From the NCBI GenBank assembly GCA_002633005.1, contig NMRA01001056.1:1-62374 (forward strand): DNA of 62,374 bases, read 5' to 3'. Within the stretch, counting starts at the first letter, position 1. The number at the start of each line of letters is the position of its first letter. Under the pieces are notes generated by a model. The model was not told the origin of the DNA and searched no databases. It saw nothing but the letters and a program-made list of their open reading frames with translations. The position numbers were made by a program, and so were the translations under genes. The DNA comes from Phoronis australis. Lineage: Eukaryota; Animalia; Phoronida. Shown in pieces: positions 25,518 through 38,230 of this stretch.

Positions 25518-25588
25518 ACTGCTCAGTGATCAGATTATGGTAACTCACGAGAAAGTCAGTCTCAAATCCCAAACACCGGGTAACTTAA

Positions 25589-25607
25589 ATCCGGCCGCAA
25601 GGCACCA
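25589..25607 (-). promoter_or_regulatory. Primer-binding site (TGGTGCC..., tRNA-His-like, imperfect)
   Basis: TGGTGCCTTGCGGCCGGAT begins about 11 nt after the 5' LTR. The tRNA identity is tentative. Confidence 0.6.
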
Positions 25608-25618
25608 AAAAGGACTTG

Positions 25619-26508
25619 TGTGGTGTAATGATTCGTGTTGCGGCCGACAGATGGCGCGCACGTGGTAGTAATTAAAACAACACACGAATACCTCAACCAA
25701 TAAAATTCGTCTATTAATTTGCAGCGTTGTGATTTACAAACAATAGTTTACAGTAAGTTGCGAGACTGACGACTAACTGAATGAGACGAGATATCACTGC
25801 TAGAGAAAGTATTAAACAACAATGTCACTAGTTACCAGTAGCAACCGCACATTACAAGTCGCAACAGAACTAACCCTCTAGAATAATCGCTAGACTGGTT
25901 CGAATTGAGTAACAGGCTGAGACCAACACCTGTGTTAAATGTCTATACCTCTATATACTTTAGACTTGATTCGTGGGTTTTCTGTCCGGTCCTGGTACTC
26001 GTGTCTGCCGTTCACTGTCTGGAGTTCGTGACTTTGCAGTTTTCGAAGACTCAAGTTGGCGTGTTCGGTGCGGTCTGGTTGGTCTGCTTCTGTTAGTGTC
26101 TTAAATAATACCTTTGGAGCCATCACGTGATGGTCCCACCTCTTTTAGTACATCTCTCTTATAACCAGCTAATTGACTATCCTATAGAAAATTCTTGCAT
26201 AACTGCCACTCTTCTCAGATTTGCTAAACCAGGGATGTGCCTATCCTCTGAGGAATCTCCATATAATTGCCACTCTAGAGGTATGTACATCCTTTAGGAA
26301 TCTCAACTACCACAGAAGTATACACATCCCCTGGGAATAGACTAAGACATGTTTGCATGCACGTGGAGAACACAAAACAGAAGTATGCACATACCCTGGG
26401 AATATTTTAAGACATGTTTGCATGCACGTGGAGGAGTATGAACATCCCCTGGAAATATTTTAAGACATGTTTGCATGCACGTGGAGGGCAGTGCCTCATT
26501 ATATCACA
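25619..26508 (-). repeat. 5' LTR
   Basis: Direct repeat of 16353-17201 with one extra internal ~50-bp unit. Confidence 0.95.
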
Positions 26509-27284
26509 CTCGCCCGGGTCTTTTATAACCGCTGGGAATCTGAGTTCATTTTCAAATAAACCAGAGCCAAGCCGGTATACTCTTTCATTTAGGACTGTCG
26601 CCTTTCTTTGAAGTGGTGCGCACGTGTGAGTTCACGCACTTGAATTGCTGGAGTAGGCCTACAGTTTACGTTGGCAACAACATGTGAAAGACAAATCCTA
26701 TTTCGCACACGTAGCCCCAGAAACAAGTAAAGGGTTTGAGAATTTCTTGGCAACTGAAAGTAAAGACGTGACCATCGTTTGGCGATTAATAAGGTTGTCA
26801 TTTTCACTTTGGCTGTCTTAATACGATAAAAAGGAGAAGCACATCTCAGTCTAAGTCATGATTGTCTGCCGGGACCGCTTGCGCGCTAACGGTGTCGCAG
26901 TGCGATATCAGGGATATTGTCGTGGATATTTGGTACTGTATGTAATAAGGGCATCTTATGTGAAAAATAAATATTTTTGTCCACCACAAAGTTTGGTAAG
27001 TTGATCACTTAAGAATTAGTAGAAAAGCTGTTGTTTTGGGAAGTTTTATCACGTGTTAAGCAGTGGCCCGAAACTTTCTTCGGCGAATCCAGGATTTTAC
27101 AAAAGTGGCCGAAAGTGTTAGCCAATGAAATGCGTCAAAGATCACTCATGTTCGGTTAACCGCCCATCCCCTACTTTAGGTGGATTTTCGATTTAACCGC
27201 CCACTGCTCGGTTAACCGCCTTCCCCCGATTTTTTGGATTCGCCAATTTAACCGCCCAGGGCGTTAACCCAAACGATTACGGTA

Positions 27285-27465
27285 TGCAGATTGTTCAGAA
27301 TATTACGTAAATTTTGAGGAATATTACGCAGATTTTGCGGAATATTACGCAGATTTTGCAGAATATTACGCTGATTTTGCGGAATATTATGCATATGCAG
27401 AATACTGTGTAAGTTTTGTGGAATACTACGACTTGCGAAATATTATGTATATTTTGTGGAATAAT
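27285..27465 (+). repeat. ~21-bp minisatellite (GCAGATTTTGCGGAATATTAC), right part
   Basis: Continues the array interrupted at 13227. Confidence 0.85.
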
Positions 27466-27494
27466 AATCAAAATAATAATTTATTTTTAAAAAC

Positions 27495-28570
27495 AATGTG
27501 ACAGTTGCGGAAGGGTTCCACAGACAGAAAAGTTTAACACACGACTAAAATTTTTAATTTTCTCCCCGCCCAATAAACATGAATTACATTCCGTTCTCAA
27601 TTACACTTGCAAGTATAATGTGCCCTCTCTCAATAATTAATCAATGTGACAGTTACGGAACGGTTCCTCAAAAAGATTGGTTTTTTGGATCACTCAATTT
27701 TTTAATTCTCATGCCCAATAAAGTTAAAATGCATTCCATAATCAATACTACTTGAAAGTATCAATGTGACAATCCTAATGCTAATTAGTTGATCAATGTG
27801 ACAGTTACGAAACCGTTCCGCATGCGGAATCGTTCCACATGGGGAGTGATTTCCCAAACAATGATTTTGCGCTGTATTTGTTTTGTCCGATCAACTTAAA
27901 ATGCGTTACATTATCAGTGCCACTTGAAAGTATCAATGTGACAATCCCAACAATAAATAGTTTATAAGTGTGACTGTTGCGGAACCGTTCGGCATGCGGA
28001 ACCGTTCCGCAAATAATAGTTTTGTGGAGCTTACAATTTAAAAAAAATTTTCTTGCACATTTAATTTGAAATATATTCTATTTTTAATAGCACATAAAAA
28101 TATTAATGAACAATGATTAGTCAGTGGGGAACTTGCTGAATGATTTGTGATGCAGAAACCTACCTCAAGCAGACTCGGGGAAAAATTGACGTCTTGTCTA
28201 TGCCATTTTACCGTTGTTGGTAGAACGTTAACACAAGCCACGAAATATTCAAATCTTAATGTGCAACAAGCATAAAAAATAAATGTATCAGAATTTCTAC
28301 CCTAACAATAATTAATAAATGTGACCGTTGCAGAACGGTTCCCCATGTGGAACTGTTCCACATGCGGAAACATTCCGCATGGGGAACGATTTCCCAAACA
28401 GAATGGTTTTGCGGAGTATTTGTTTTGCCTAATAAAGTTAAAATGCTTTCCATTCTCAATACCACTTGAAAGTATAACAATTATTAGTTGATCAATGTGA
28501 CTGTTGCGGAATGGTTCCGCATGCAGAATGGGTTCGCAAACATTGGTTTTGTGTAGCTCGCTATTTTTTC
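27495..28570 (+). repeat. Degenerate tandem repeat (AATGTGACAGTTGCGGAACCGTTCC core)
   Basis: The core recurs about 6 times. A related motif at ~12900 suggests one host element spanning the nested insertions. Confidence 0.75.
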
Positions 28571-28972
28571 TTAATTCCATAGCAATTTTTGATTTTAGAA
28601 CATTAGATATCCATGAAGCCCTGTGAGATCATCCATTTGTTGAGTATTTTTGTGATAAAATTTGCGGAAACCTATTTTGAGCATCCCTAATCATACTTAA
28701 ATTTGCACAATCAGTGTATCCTTAAAGATTGTTCATGTACAACCTTTGAACAGTTATCATGTGAGCACAAAATAAAAGTATAAAAAACAGATGAGTGTAA
28801 TTGGTACACTGTGTAATTTGAGTGTGCACAGTGTATCAAATACACTCATCTGTTTGAACGTAAAATGTTCCATGTGATGTTTTCCTGATAATTCCATGGA
28901 ACTTTCAACTTAATGATTGGATAACCTCGTTTCCAGAAAAACAGTTCATCCATTTTTCTTGAAAGTCACAAT

Positions 28973-29145
28973 TACCCTAAACTCGCGGGTCAACGCCCAT
29001 GCCCGTGTAATCGTCCATCCCCGACTTTTGGGCAATTTTTGCTTTTAAGCGCCCACTGCTTGAGTAATCGCCCATCCCCTACTTTGTGCGAATTTCCCCT
29101 AAGCACCCACCTCTTGGGTAATCGCCCATCCCCAAGTTACCGCTT
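28973..29145 (+). mobile_element. Degenerate end of the TA-TIR family
   Basis: CGCCCATCCCC subterminal repeats like those at 13250-13390. Confidence 0.55.
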
Positions 29146-29594
29146 ACAGAACTTGAGCTTGAAGTTGGTGCTTTTGTTCACAGCTTCACCTGGAACTCAC
29201 AATTCTGTGTTTGCTGAAACACGGCTTGTAGTTATGTCTCACGGGAAAGTGGGTGACTTAATAGAATATACAAGATGTAAAAATCGCAAAAAAAAAACTC
29301 CTCTATTGTCTCAGGTCGTGCAACGAGAGGGTCATTGGGTAGAGGGTTTTACCAATTTTTTGCAGAAAAATAAAAATAAAAATTTTCCTTCATGATCGCT
29401 TCCAACTTGGCATGCTTTGACTACTTAATACAAATTTTGGCAATTTTGCATTTGCTCTAAAGCTGGAAAATCAGGGGAGCAGAAATAAAAAGATGTCCTA
29501 AACTCAGAAAGGTGGTGGATCTAAACCAAGATTCAAATCATGGAGGACAAAAACAGAAAAAGGAACGCCCAGCACCAAAAGCACTGCATTAAAT

Positions 29595-30290
29595 GTGATT
29601 TCTAAGAAGATGATGCAAACTACACTGGATTTTAGAAGTATTACCTCAGTCCATGAGGCAGATCGCAGTACCTGTGAAAGTGAACCTGAAATCCTGAGGT
29701 TTCAAAAGGCACTTACATCGCCTGAAGTGATCAAAACTTTGAGAGAGCAACTGATAGATCCTGCCCTTAATGAGATTAAGAGCTTCTATGAATCCAAGCT
29801 AAAGGAAAAAGACGACCAGATTCATGACCTCAAAGTGCAAGTGAGTGACCTTCAAAATAGTGTGGACAGTCTCAAGCAATATTCTCGGCAAAATAACACA
29901 GTACTCCACGGAATCAACGAGCCAGAAAATGAATGCAAAGGGAACACAGATATAGCTGTTATTGATCTCGGCAAGATGCTTAATATTGACATTAGTTACG
30001 AAGACATATGTAGATCTCACAGACTAGGACTCAAGAAACCCAATCAGTCGAGGCCAATCATGTGCAAATTCATAGCTTACAACACCTGTGCGTTGTTTCT
30101 CCATCATAAAAGTAAATTCAGATCCCAAGACAGACCACTGTACATTAATGAGACTTTGACAAAAAGGAGATCCAGTCTATTTGCTCGCTGTCGGCGCCTC
30201 GTGAAATCACACACAATAAACAGAACCTGGACCCATGCTGTATTTTTCCACGTCTCTATGGTTAATTATCGACATAATTTTAAGATTTAA
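29595..30290 (+). pseudogene. LINE ORF1 (coiled coil + RRM, L1/Tx1/CR1 type)
   Basis: LKQYSRQNNTVLHGINE, DICRSHRLG, RPIMCKF and LYINETLT. Confidence 0.85.
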
Positions 30291-32408
30291 TAACCAGGTT
30301 GGACTCGAAAGACTAGCCACTTCTGCTTTGTTTATTGCTGTGAGCCTCGCTTTGGATTTTAATGTCCACTGCGTGAATTAGGTCTAAAGAGATGAAGTGA
30401 AGTGCTTATTGTGGTCGATTGGCAAATATGTTGGTTAAATGTGAGCTAATTATGCAACACATTGTCAGCGACACCTGCGGGCATGTAGTCTGATGACACC
30501 CCACTGTATCGAATCGTCAACGCTCTGCTGTTCAATCCACCTGCTTACTATGAATTGAATTTTTTGATTTTAAGCTGGCACAAAGTACAGACCTGCTGAT
30601 CAAATTTGATTGACAAACAATCTCAGTGCCAGCAATATCGAGATCTAGCATGCCATGCCCATAGGAAGATAACAATTATTTGGGGGGAGTTTAGACGAAA
30701 CCAAACTTTGCTCCAACCTGACCTGTCGTCATTGGGGTCACTGATATTTCACCTCTTTGTGTTTTACCCCATTTCAACAGCTCCTGGATTTCCCAACTAC
30801 TGTGATGGTGACTGGTGACATCTTTTTGCATCTGTGGCGGTATCTAGTAAAGCCCTTTCAAGATCACAATTTAACTTGACAACTGATGGAAGATTCGACT
30901 TCAGCTGTGCCACCCAATGGCATTTTTATGTTATTTTCTTTATTTGTGGTTGTTTTTAATAGAGAGATGATGACATCTTCTCAGTATCGGATGGGTTTGA
31001 TGTATTTTGCGCCATCTGATGGTCATTTTTAGGATACTAAATAACATATTAATAAAGCACAAAAATATTTCCAGGTAATCAGTGCAATGGGCCCACATGC
31101 GTGGCCTGCGCACGTCTGGTACAACGGGTACCAGACTGCCTGCAATTATTATTTTTTTATAATTTGGGACCATTTGAGATTTATGTCTAGTGAACGAAGA
31201 ACTTGAATCTAGTTCTCCAACATTCACCTGAAAGCTCTCTATTAAGACAGTCTTCCCACTTATTTTGAAATTTTGTTTTTTGTATAAGCAAGTAACAAAT
31301 ATACACATACTTTTTGTTTTTATACGGTTGTGTTGATTAAAGTGGTAATTAAACTCTGGGCGGCGAGGAAGAATTATTTTGGATGAATCCACATGTTTAA
31401 ATAAGTTGAATGAACAACACATCGCATGCCCATGAATACAGTGAATGGTGGAGAATATCCATAATTACAAAAATCTTTGCAAGACATCAAATTACTATTA
31501 GAATCTAACAAATTGTAAACACATACAATGCCCTTAGCATACCAACCCTCATAAAATATTTCATGTCAATTGGGATTTTGGGATTAATCCAAGGTGGCCA
31601 GTAGGACTCATTGCCTAATGTGAACAGTGAAAATGCCAATCAATTTTCCAACATTTCAAAAAACCTCTTCCCAAAATTGGGTCTAATCGAAGCAGCAAGA
31701 GAACACTAATAGGCCTTACTGAAATGAAATGCGTTCTGTGAAAGTGATTTGCATCAATAAAAATTTTCTTCCAAACACTATCGTCACTAAGTATCAGTCT
31801 TCTGAACCACAAAATGTTAAGGGATTTGGTGAATGACTTCAGATTAACCATTTTACACCCTCCCAGCAAAAAATCTTGAATCGAGGAAGTTCTCTTAATT
31901 TTGTTAGGTTCATTGTCCCAAATGAAACTGTAAAACTTAGCTTATCTAGCAATTATATTGTGTTGTCAGACAGTGAGGCACCGAGGTTATATTGATGCCT
32001 TTTATTTTATTATTTTGGCAAAACATTGTGGCCATAATCGCAGCACAAATTATGAACAGATTGGGAGAGAGAGGGGGTCTCCTTGACGGCAGCCGTGACC
32101 AATTTTTAAAAACTGTGATGTGAAGCCATGTTGAATAGTACAAAGTTTTGCACCGTTGTTCAGAAGGTGAACCCAACTTACGAATTTTTTGCCAAAACTG
32201 AAAAAATGCAGTCTTGTATATAAATTCTCATGAGACATATTCAAAGGCTTTTTTGAAGTCAACCGTTACTAAGAGACCTGGGATACATAACTATGTTCAC
32301 TTGTGGAATAAAGTAGATCTTATATTTTTCTCGTATTTTCTCCAATAAATCTTCCCTTTAAAAATCCTGATTGATCGTTGCTTATTAGTTCATTTATGAC
32401 TGATTTAA

Positions 32409-33171
32409 AGGCTAATGCCACCCGATTTAATTAGTCTTTTTTACCGTCTTAATCGGTCCGGGGCCACATCGGCTCGTACACGGTTGACCATACCTTGCCG
32501 AGAGGTGTCGCGTTAGCCTGTGATGAAGGTGAGAAAGTCCGCAGCGACGTCAGTGGTTCGTATGCAGAGTGAATTCCGCCATGGTGTGGTGTGTCGTTCC
32601 TGCCTGTTCGAACTATGAAGCGGCGAGGAAAGCGGGTACATCGTTTTTTTTCGATTTCCTCGAGAGCCCGAAATGCTTCGGAAGTGGCTCGCGGCAGTGA
32701 AAAAGGACAAGTACGGAGTCCATACCAAGTACGAGGCCGTGAAACATCTCCGTGTCTGTGGCCGACATTTCGTGGACAGTGATTTCACTGACGAATTCCG
32801 GCTTGCCAAACAGCTCATGCCAAGGCAGAAAACGCAACCGAGGCTGAAGTCAGATACTGTGCCTAGTGTGTTTGCGTTCGGCAGGCAGGAAGCAAAGAAA
32901 CGTGGATCAGTTGTTTCCATTATGGTGCAGTTAGCGCACTGACACCATGAGACGGTTTTCGGAACTATCCATGTGCTCCATTGTTTGTGCACGTTCACGG
33001 CGCCTCTCTAATACTTCTTGATCAGTGTACTCTAGCTGGTTCGAACNGAAAATTTCATCACCTCCGTCTGCCGTCAGGTGTCAGGTAACGCAACCGTACG
33101 TGCCGCTATCGAGGAGAACTACTCGATCTAAATTGACGCAAATTAGGTTGTTTTTTGGGTGGCATGCTCCT
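32409..33171 (+). mobile_element. Kolobok-like DNA transposon (contains assembly gap)
   Basis: TTAA TSD at 32405-32408 and 33172-33175, TIRs AGGnnnATGCCACCC, and a THAP domain. The N at 33047 means the true length is unknown. Confidence 0.8.
32581..32942 (+). pseudogene. THAP zinc finger (N-terminus of transposon protein), frameshift in T-run
   Basis: MVWCVVPACSN...FP...RKWLAAV...RVCGRHF...LKSDTVPSVF. Confidence 0.85.
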
Positions 33172-33544
33172 TTAATACGTTGGGCGAGAAGCCCAAGAGA
33201 ATCTTGTAGCTAAAAACTGTTTATTTCTTAATACAATCAATGAGTAAGACAATAGCCTACCTGTTCACAAAAGAAAAACAGTATAGGTCTTGCAATTCCT
33301 AACATTATTTGCTATGTGAGTGTTCCCCCACATCACTGTAGAAACATTTCCAGTTGTGTTAAAATGAAGTGAAAAATCAATGAGTCTTGTTTAATTTTCT
33401 GCCTCGGGTGAAAATCAATTTCTATGCATTTTCAAGACTTGTAATTAGCTTAATGAAGGAGGGGTATCTGTTTGCTTGTTTCATATTATTGTAATTTTCT
33501 GTTACTTATTAGATATACTGTTCATTGCATCAGTAATGATGATA

Positions 33545-34195
33545 TTTCAATGTTTTATTTTATCCCAGTTTCTCTACTGTGCTTTAATCTGGCATTTTTG
33601 TGGCCAAGTCAATAAACATAAGATTGAACGAGTTTAGTGTAGGGCTCTGGGTTTTGTATTTGATGATTTCTCATGCTCATATGAATCGCTATTACTGAGA
33701 GCTAATCTGCCTACTCTTGAGCTTGGTAGATAGAGAATGATTCTGAAAGAGGCTTTCAAAATTTTGAACCACTTGTTACCCCCATTTCTGTTGGCTCTTC
33801 TTACAATTCGTAGGACCCCATATAACTTGAGATCATCCAATAGGACAAACATCCCTTAATGCAGAACTACTCGGTATGGTCTACTGTCTCTCAGAGCCTA
33901 TGGCTCAATTTTGTGGAATTCATTATCAGAGGAAGCGAGATCGTGCCTACATTTAAAAACTTTTATACAGCATGCAAACGCATGGACTGAACACTAAGGG
34001 TAGTATCTGTGATTTTATGAATCAGACATAATGGTGCTAATTGCTCAAATTTGTTAACGTATATAGTATTTTAAATTTTGTTTTTAATTTCACATATATA
34101 CGGTATTTATTTATTTTTATAACTTATGTATTTATTTGTCGGTGTACTAGCCTATGGCTAATGTTTTTCTTGCTGTTTGACAAACCGACTATAAA
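33545..34195 (+). mobile_element. CR1/L2 3'-end fragment
   Basis: YCALIWHFC, YESLL, PYNLR and TRYGLLSLRAYGSILWNSL with stops, followed by an AT-rich UTR. Confidence 0.8.
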
Positions 34196-36872
34196 TATGA
34201 AAGCGCTCCGAGGAGCGAAACTTGGCGAAATTAACCAAAAAGACGACGATAAAGGTGATGACGAAGATGACGAATATGATGACGATGGTGGCAAGGATGA
34301 ACAAAATAAGTAATAATAACATACACATGACGAACGTAGAAGTCCGAAATCAGTAAGAAAATGGCTACAGTCTTGAGCGACTCTTGGCGAAATTAACGGA
34401 AAAGAAAACGACGAAGATGATGACGAATATGATGATGGTGGTGGCGATGATGAACAACATCACAACATTCATATGATGAATTTAGATGTCATAAATCAAT
34501 AAGAAATAGGCTACAGTCTAGTTCAATAGAAGATAAACCAACATCAATGCAGCAAGAGCGCTCAACAAAGGAACACCGTTATCAGAAAATCTTAAATAAT
34601 TCGAAAAGTAGACGTCCTAGCGAAAAATGGAAAACATCTTCTGAAAGCCCGTTCAAAATTCTATCTAAACTGATGGTATCGCCTAATTCAGTAAATTTTT
34701 CGAAAAAAATGAAATTTTGCGTTTTTTTTAAAGAAATTCAAAGTCAAATAACTCGAAAACGGTAAGTCTGAGAAAAAAATTGTTATAGAAGAATATACTT
34801 TAAAGAATCTACATGCAAAAAATCACGTCTTTTTCTCTTCCCGTTTAAAATCGCACTCCAGAAGACTGAAAATGGGTCAACATGCGCCAGATCCGCCAAT
34901 TCTTGAAAGCAACTTCCGGTTTTGTGGCTTTGTATAATAGCATGTTATAAGAAACTAATACCTGTAAAAAGTCAAAAGAATTGGTCTGAGAATACGCCCT
35001 CTAGAGGAGAGAACGTTTTTAGGCCAAAATCGAGGTGCGCATGCGCGATAGCCGATATTTCCGCCATCTTTAATCGGAAGTAAACAATTTCCGGTATACT
35101 TGTAGCAAACTTCCGGTCCATTTACTGTGCCGATTCTTAGCTTTTTACGTAAAAAATTGTAGCCTCCAGAAGCATTTAAACCTTTAAATGGAAACAAAAT
35201 GGCCACCACAGCCGCCATCTTGGATCCGATTTTGACGAAAAACAATAGGCTTCCAGTACTTCCGGAAGTACGTGTTATGTGTAAATTTCGTGATGATCGG
35301 ACGAAAATTGCGACCTGTATCGTGCGAACAAAAAAAAAAATGAGAGCGCTCGGAGGAGCGACACTTGGCGGAATTAATCGAAAAGACGACGAACACGATA
35401 TCATTCATGTGACTAGCGAAGAAATCAAATTGAGAGCATACAGTCAACTACAATAATGAATGAAAGCCCGTTCAAAACTCTATCTAAAGTGGTAGTTTGG
35501 CAAACACGATAACATTCATGTGACTAGCGAAGAAATCAAACAGAGAGCATACAATCAACTACAATAAAGAACAATAGATGGCGCAACATGACGGTCCAGT
35601 CTGCAGTAGGACAGTGCTGGCTGGGTCAGTCTGGGTCAACTAGGCATAACCAAAACAAAGTGGGCTGAAAGCCAGCCAGCTGCGTGTGACCGAAGGAACA
35701 ACGGTATCCGAAAATCTCGAATAATTCAAAAGTAGACGTTGTAGCGCAAAATGGAAATTATCATCTGAAAGCCCGTTCAAAACTCTATCTAAAGTGTTAG
35801 TTTGTCAAACACGATAACATTCAAGTGACTAGCGAAAAAATCAAATAGAGAGCATACAATCAACTACAATAAAGAACAATAGATGGCGCAACATGATGGA
35901 CGAGCCATGCTTTACAGTACGCCAGTGCTGGCTGGGTCAGTCTGGGTCAACTAGGCATAACCAAAACAAAGTGAACTGAAAGCCAGCCACCTGCGCGCTT
36001 GCATAGGAACAACGGTATCCGAAAATCTCGAATAATTCAAAAAGTAGACGTAGCGCAAAATGGAAAATATCTTCTGAAAGCCCGTTCAAATCTCTATCTA
36101 AAGTGGTAGTTTGGCAAAAATCCAAAAAAATTTCGAGAAAATTGAAAATTTGCCGTTTTTTTGAAATTCAAAGTCAAATAACTCGAAAACGGTAAGTCTG
36201 AGAAATACACTCTCGCAGACTTTTTGAAAGGCCATACTTCAAGGAATCCACATGCAAAAATTCACGTCATTTGCTCTTCCCATAAAAAAATGCGACACCA
36301 GAGCGATTGAAACCGTGTGAACATGCCCCACAGCCACCATCTTGAAGGTGACTTCCGGTTCAATAATTTTTTATAAAAGCTTATTAAACTCAACAAACAC
36401 GTGACCAGTTTGAAAGTGATTGGTTTGCAATTGCGCCCTCTACAGGAGAAAATGTTTTTAGCCATATTTCGGGGTGCGCATGCGCAACGTCCAATGTTTC
36501 CACCATCTTTAACCGGAAGTCAACGATTTTCTGCACAATTGTAGCACATGCGTTCTAGTATATTCGTACCGATTTTCAGCCATGTAGGTCGAAAAATGCG
36601 GCCTCTACGAGTATTTGACTGTGAAATCGGATACAAAATGGCCGCCACGTCCGCCATGTTGTATCCGATCATGACCAAAAACAATAGCGTTCCAGTGATT
36701 CCCGATCTACATGTTGTGTAAATTTCGTGAAAATCGGACCAGAATTGCGACCTGTAGAGAGCGAACAAAAAAAAAAACTTGTCAGAGCAACATACTTGGC
36801 GGAAGAATTCCGCCAAGTAACAAACTTAGTGACAGAGCAACATTCTTGGCGAAATTTATTTCTCCAAGTAAA
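34196..36872. mobile_element. Tandem pair of ~1.2-1.45 kb non-autonomous (Helentron-associated-like) elements
   Basis: 34560-35340 is homologous to 36010-36780. Terminal hairpins such as ACTTGGCGGAAGAATTCCGCCAAGT, plus internal duplications. Confidence 0.6.
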
Positions 36873-38230
36873 AATGACTTGACTTGACTTGACTTGAGTA
36901 ATAGGAGGGCTGCTTTCCAAATACCCAAGACTGACACAGCTGGAATGATCACATGCTAACAAACACATGGTCATATCTCATGAAGACTTGCTGGTCTTGC
37001 ATATTTGGAATGCAGCTCAGTTATACTTTTTACTTAGAGTGAAATACAGGTATTAGGCCAATGATTGTGTTTCCGCAAAATGAAGTGCCAGTTGCTCAAA
37101 AGATTTTGACATGCCAGTACTGATATCAGTCACATTTTTAAAGGATTGTAAATTTTACATGGGGGCTGTACAGCGTGTCTAATTTTCAAGGGAGGACATG
37201 TGTGAGGATAGGAAGTCAACGGTTTTAGAATTTCTGTATGTGAAGGGTTAGGGTTTGTCAGAAAGAGTTTGTTTTGTACTATGCTTTTGACAATGTCGAT
37301 ATGGATTGATGGTGAAAAGTGAACTTAGGTTTGACTGATGATGTACACATTTACTTAAAGTTGTCAATGGTTCTTAGGGTCTTGAAAAGGATAAAGGTCG
37401 GATATAATGTGCCCAGATTATTAAGACACTGAATAATGGGCATCAAACTGGTTCTCAAAATATGGGCCTGTTATATCCAGCCATTGCATTGAAAAGCCCT
37501 GAATTTTGAGCCTTGGCCTTGAATAGTTCTTGATTCTCTCCTGGAGAAGCCCTTGAGTGTTGGCTTTTAACTTTAAAAGTACTTGGAAACCTTCAATTAT
37601 AACTAGGTATGTTAATTTTTATTGCTTCAAATTAAAACATATTTTTAAAAAATCCTGGGCGGCAGTCGTTTTTCTTCATATGATGTATCTATTATGCTAT
37701 AAGTCATTAAAATTGTAGGGATAAAATTTGCCAGTTTGATTCCCTCTTTTTCAAAGTTTTTCCCAGTTGTGAAAGGATAATTAATAATACACACCAAGTT
37801 GTACTAAAATGACTGTAAATTTGAATATGTCGAACTACCCTCAAAAGTCCTTGAAATGTCCTCGAATTTCTTGGTCAAAGTTCTGTATACAAACCATCAA
37901 TTGTTTTTCATGGAAGTTTATTTTGAACAGTATAATCAATTGGTATGTTGTGTGATGATTTTCAATAATTGTAATATTCACATGATACATTTTTGTGACT
38001 TGAATTCTTGCATATTTTCGTAATTACCATTTCATATTTTGCGTTTTAGTGACTTGGAGTTCTTGCATGCTTCCTATTTACCATTTCATATTTTGTGTTC
38101 GGTCATTGATAAACCAGAATATGTAGATGGTAAAACATTGATCATTGTCTTGTTTTAATGACTTTTACTTATACACAAAAGTTACGCTGTAATTACAAGG
38201 ATTTTGAAAAGCATATTTCATTGATTTTAG

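Larger units (their letters stand above)
16353..26508 (-). mobile_element. Full-length env-containing Ty3/Gypsy (errantivirus-like) LTR retrotransposon, decayed
   Basis: Two near-identical TG...CA LTRs, PBS, PPT and domain order gag-PR-RT-RH-IN-env. Many frameshifts and stops. Confidence 0.97.
13229..27282. mobile_element. TA-flanked TIR element (Tc1/mariner/pogo-like, non-autonomous) hosting nested insertions
   Basis: Perfect 24-bp TIR CCGTAATCGTTTGGGTTAACGCCC at 13229-13252 and 27259-27282, TA on both sides, and subterminal TTAA(C/G)CGCCC repeats. Confidence 0.8.
31170..33540 (-). mobile_element. Tx1/L1-clade LINE ORF2 relic, interrupted by Kolobok
   Basis: LAQRIKSVINELISNDQSGFLKGR is rebuilt across the insertion. 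Also GCRQGDPLS, FGKKFVSWV and LGGCKMVNL. Heavily decayed; ends approximate. Confidence 0.8.

Noticed and set aside
34041-34460. Acidic ORF (DDDKGDDEDDEY)
   Set aside because: (GAC/GAT)n microsatellite inside a repeat element.
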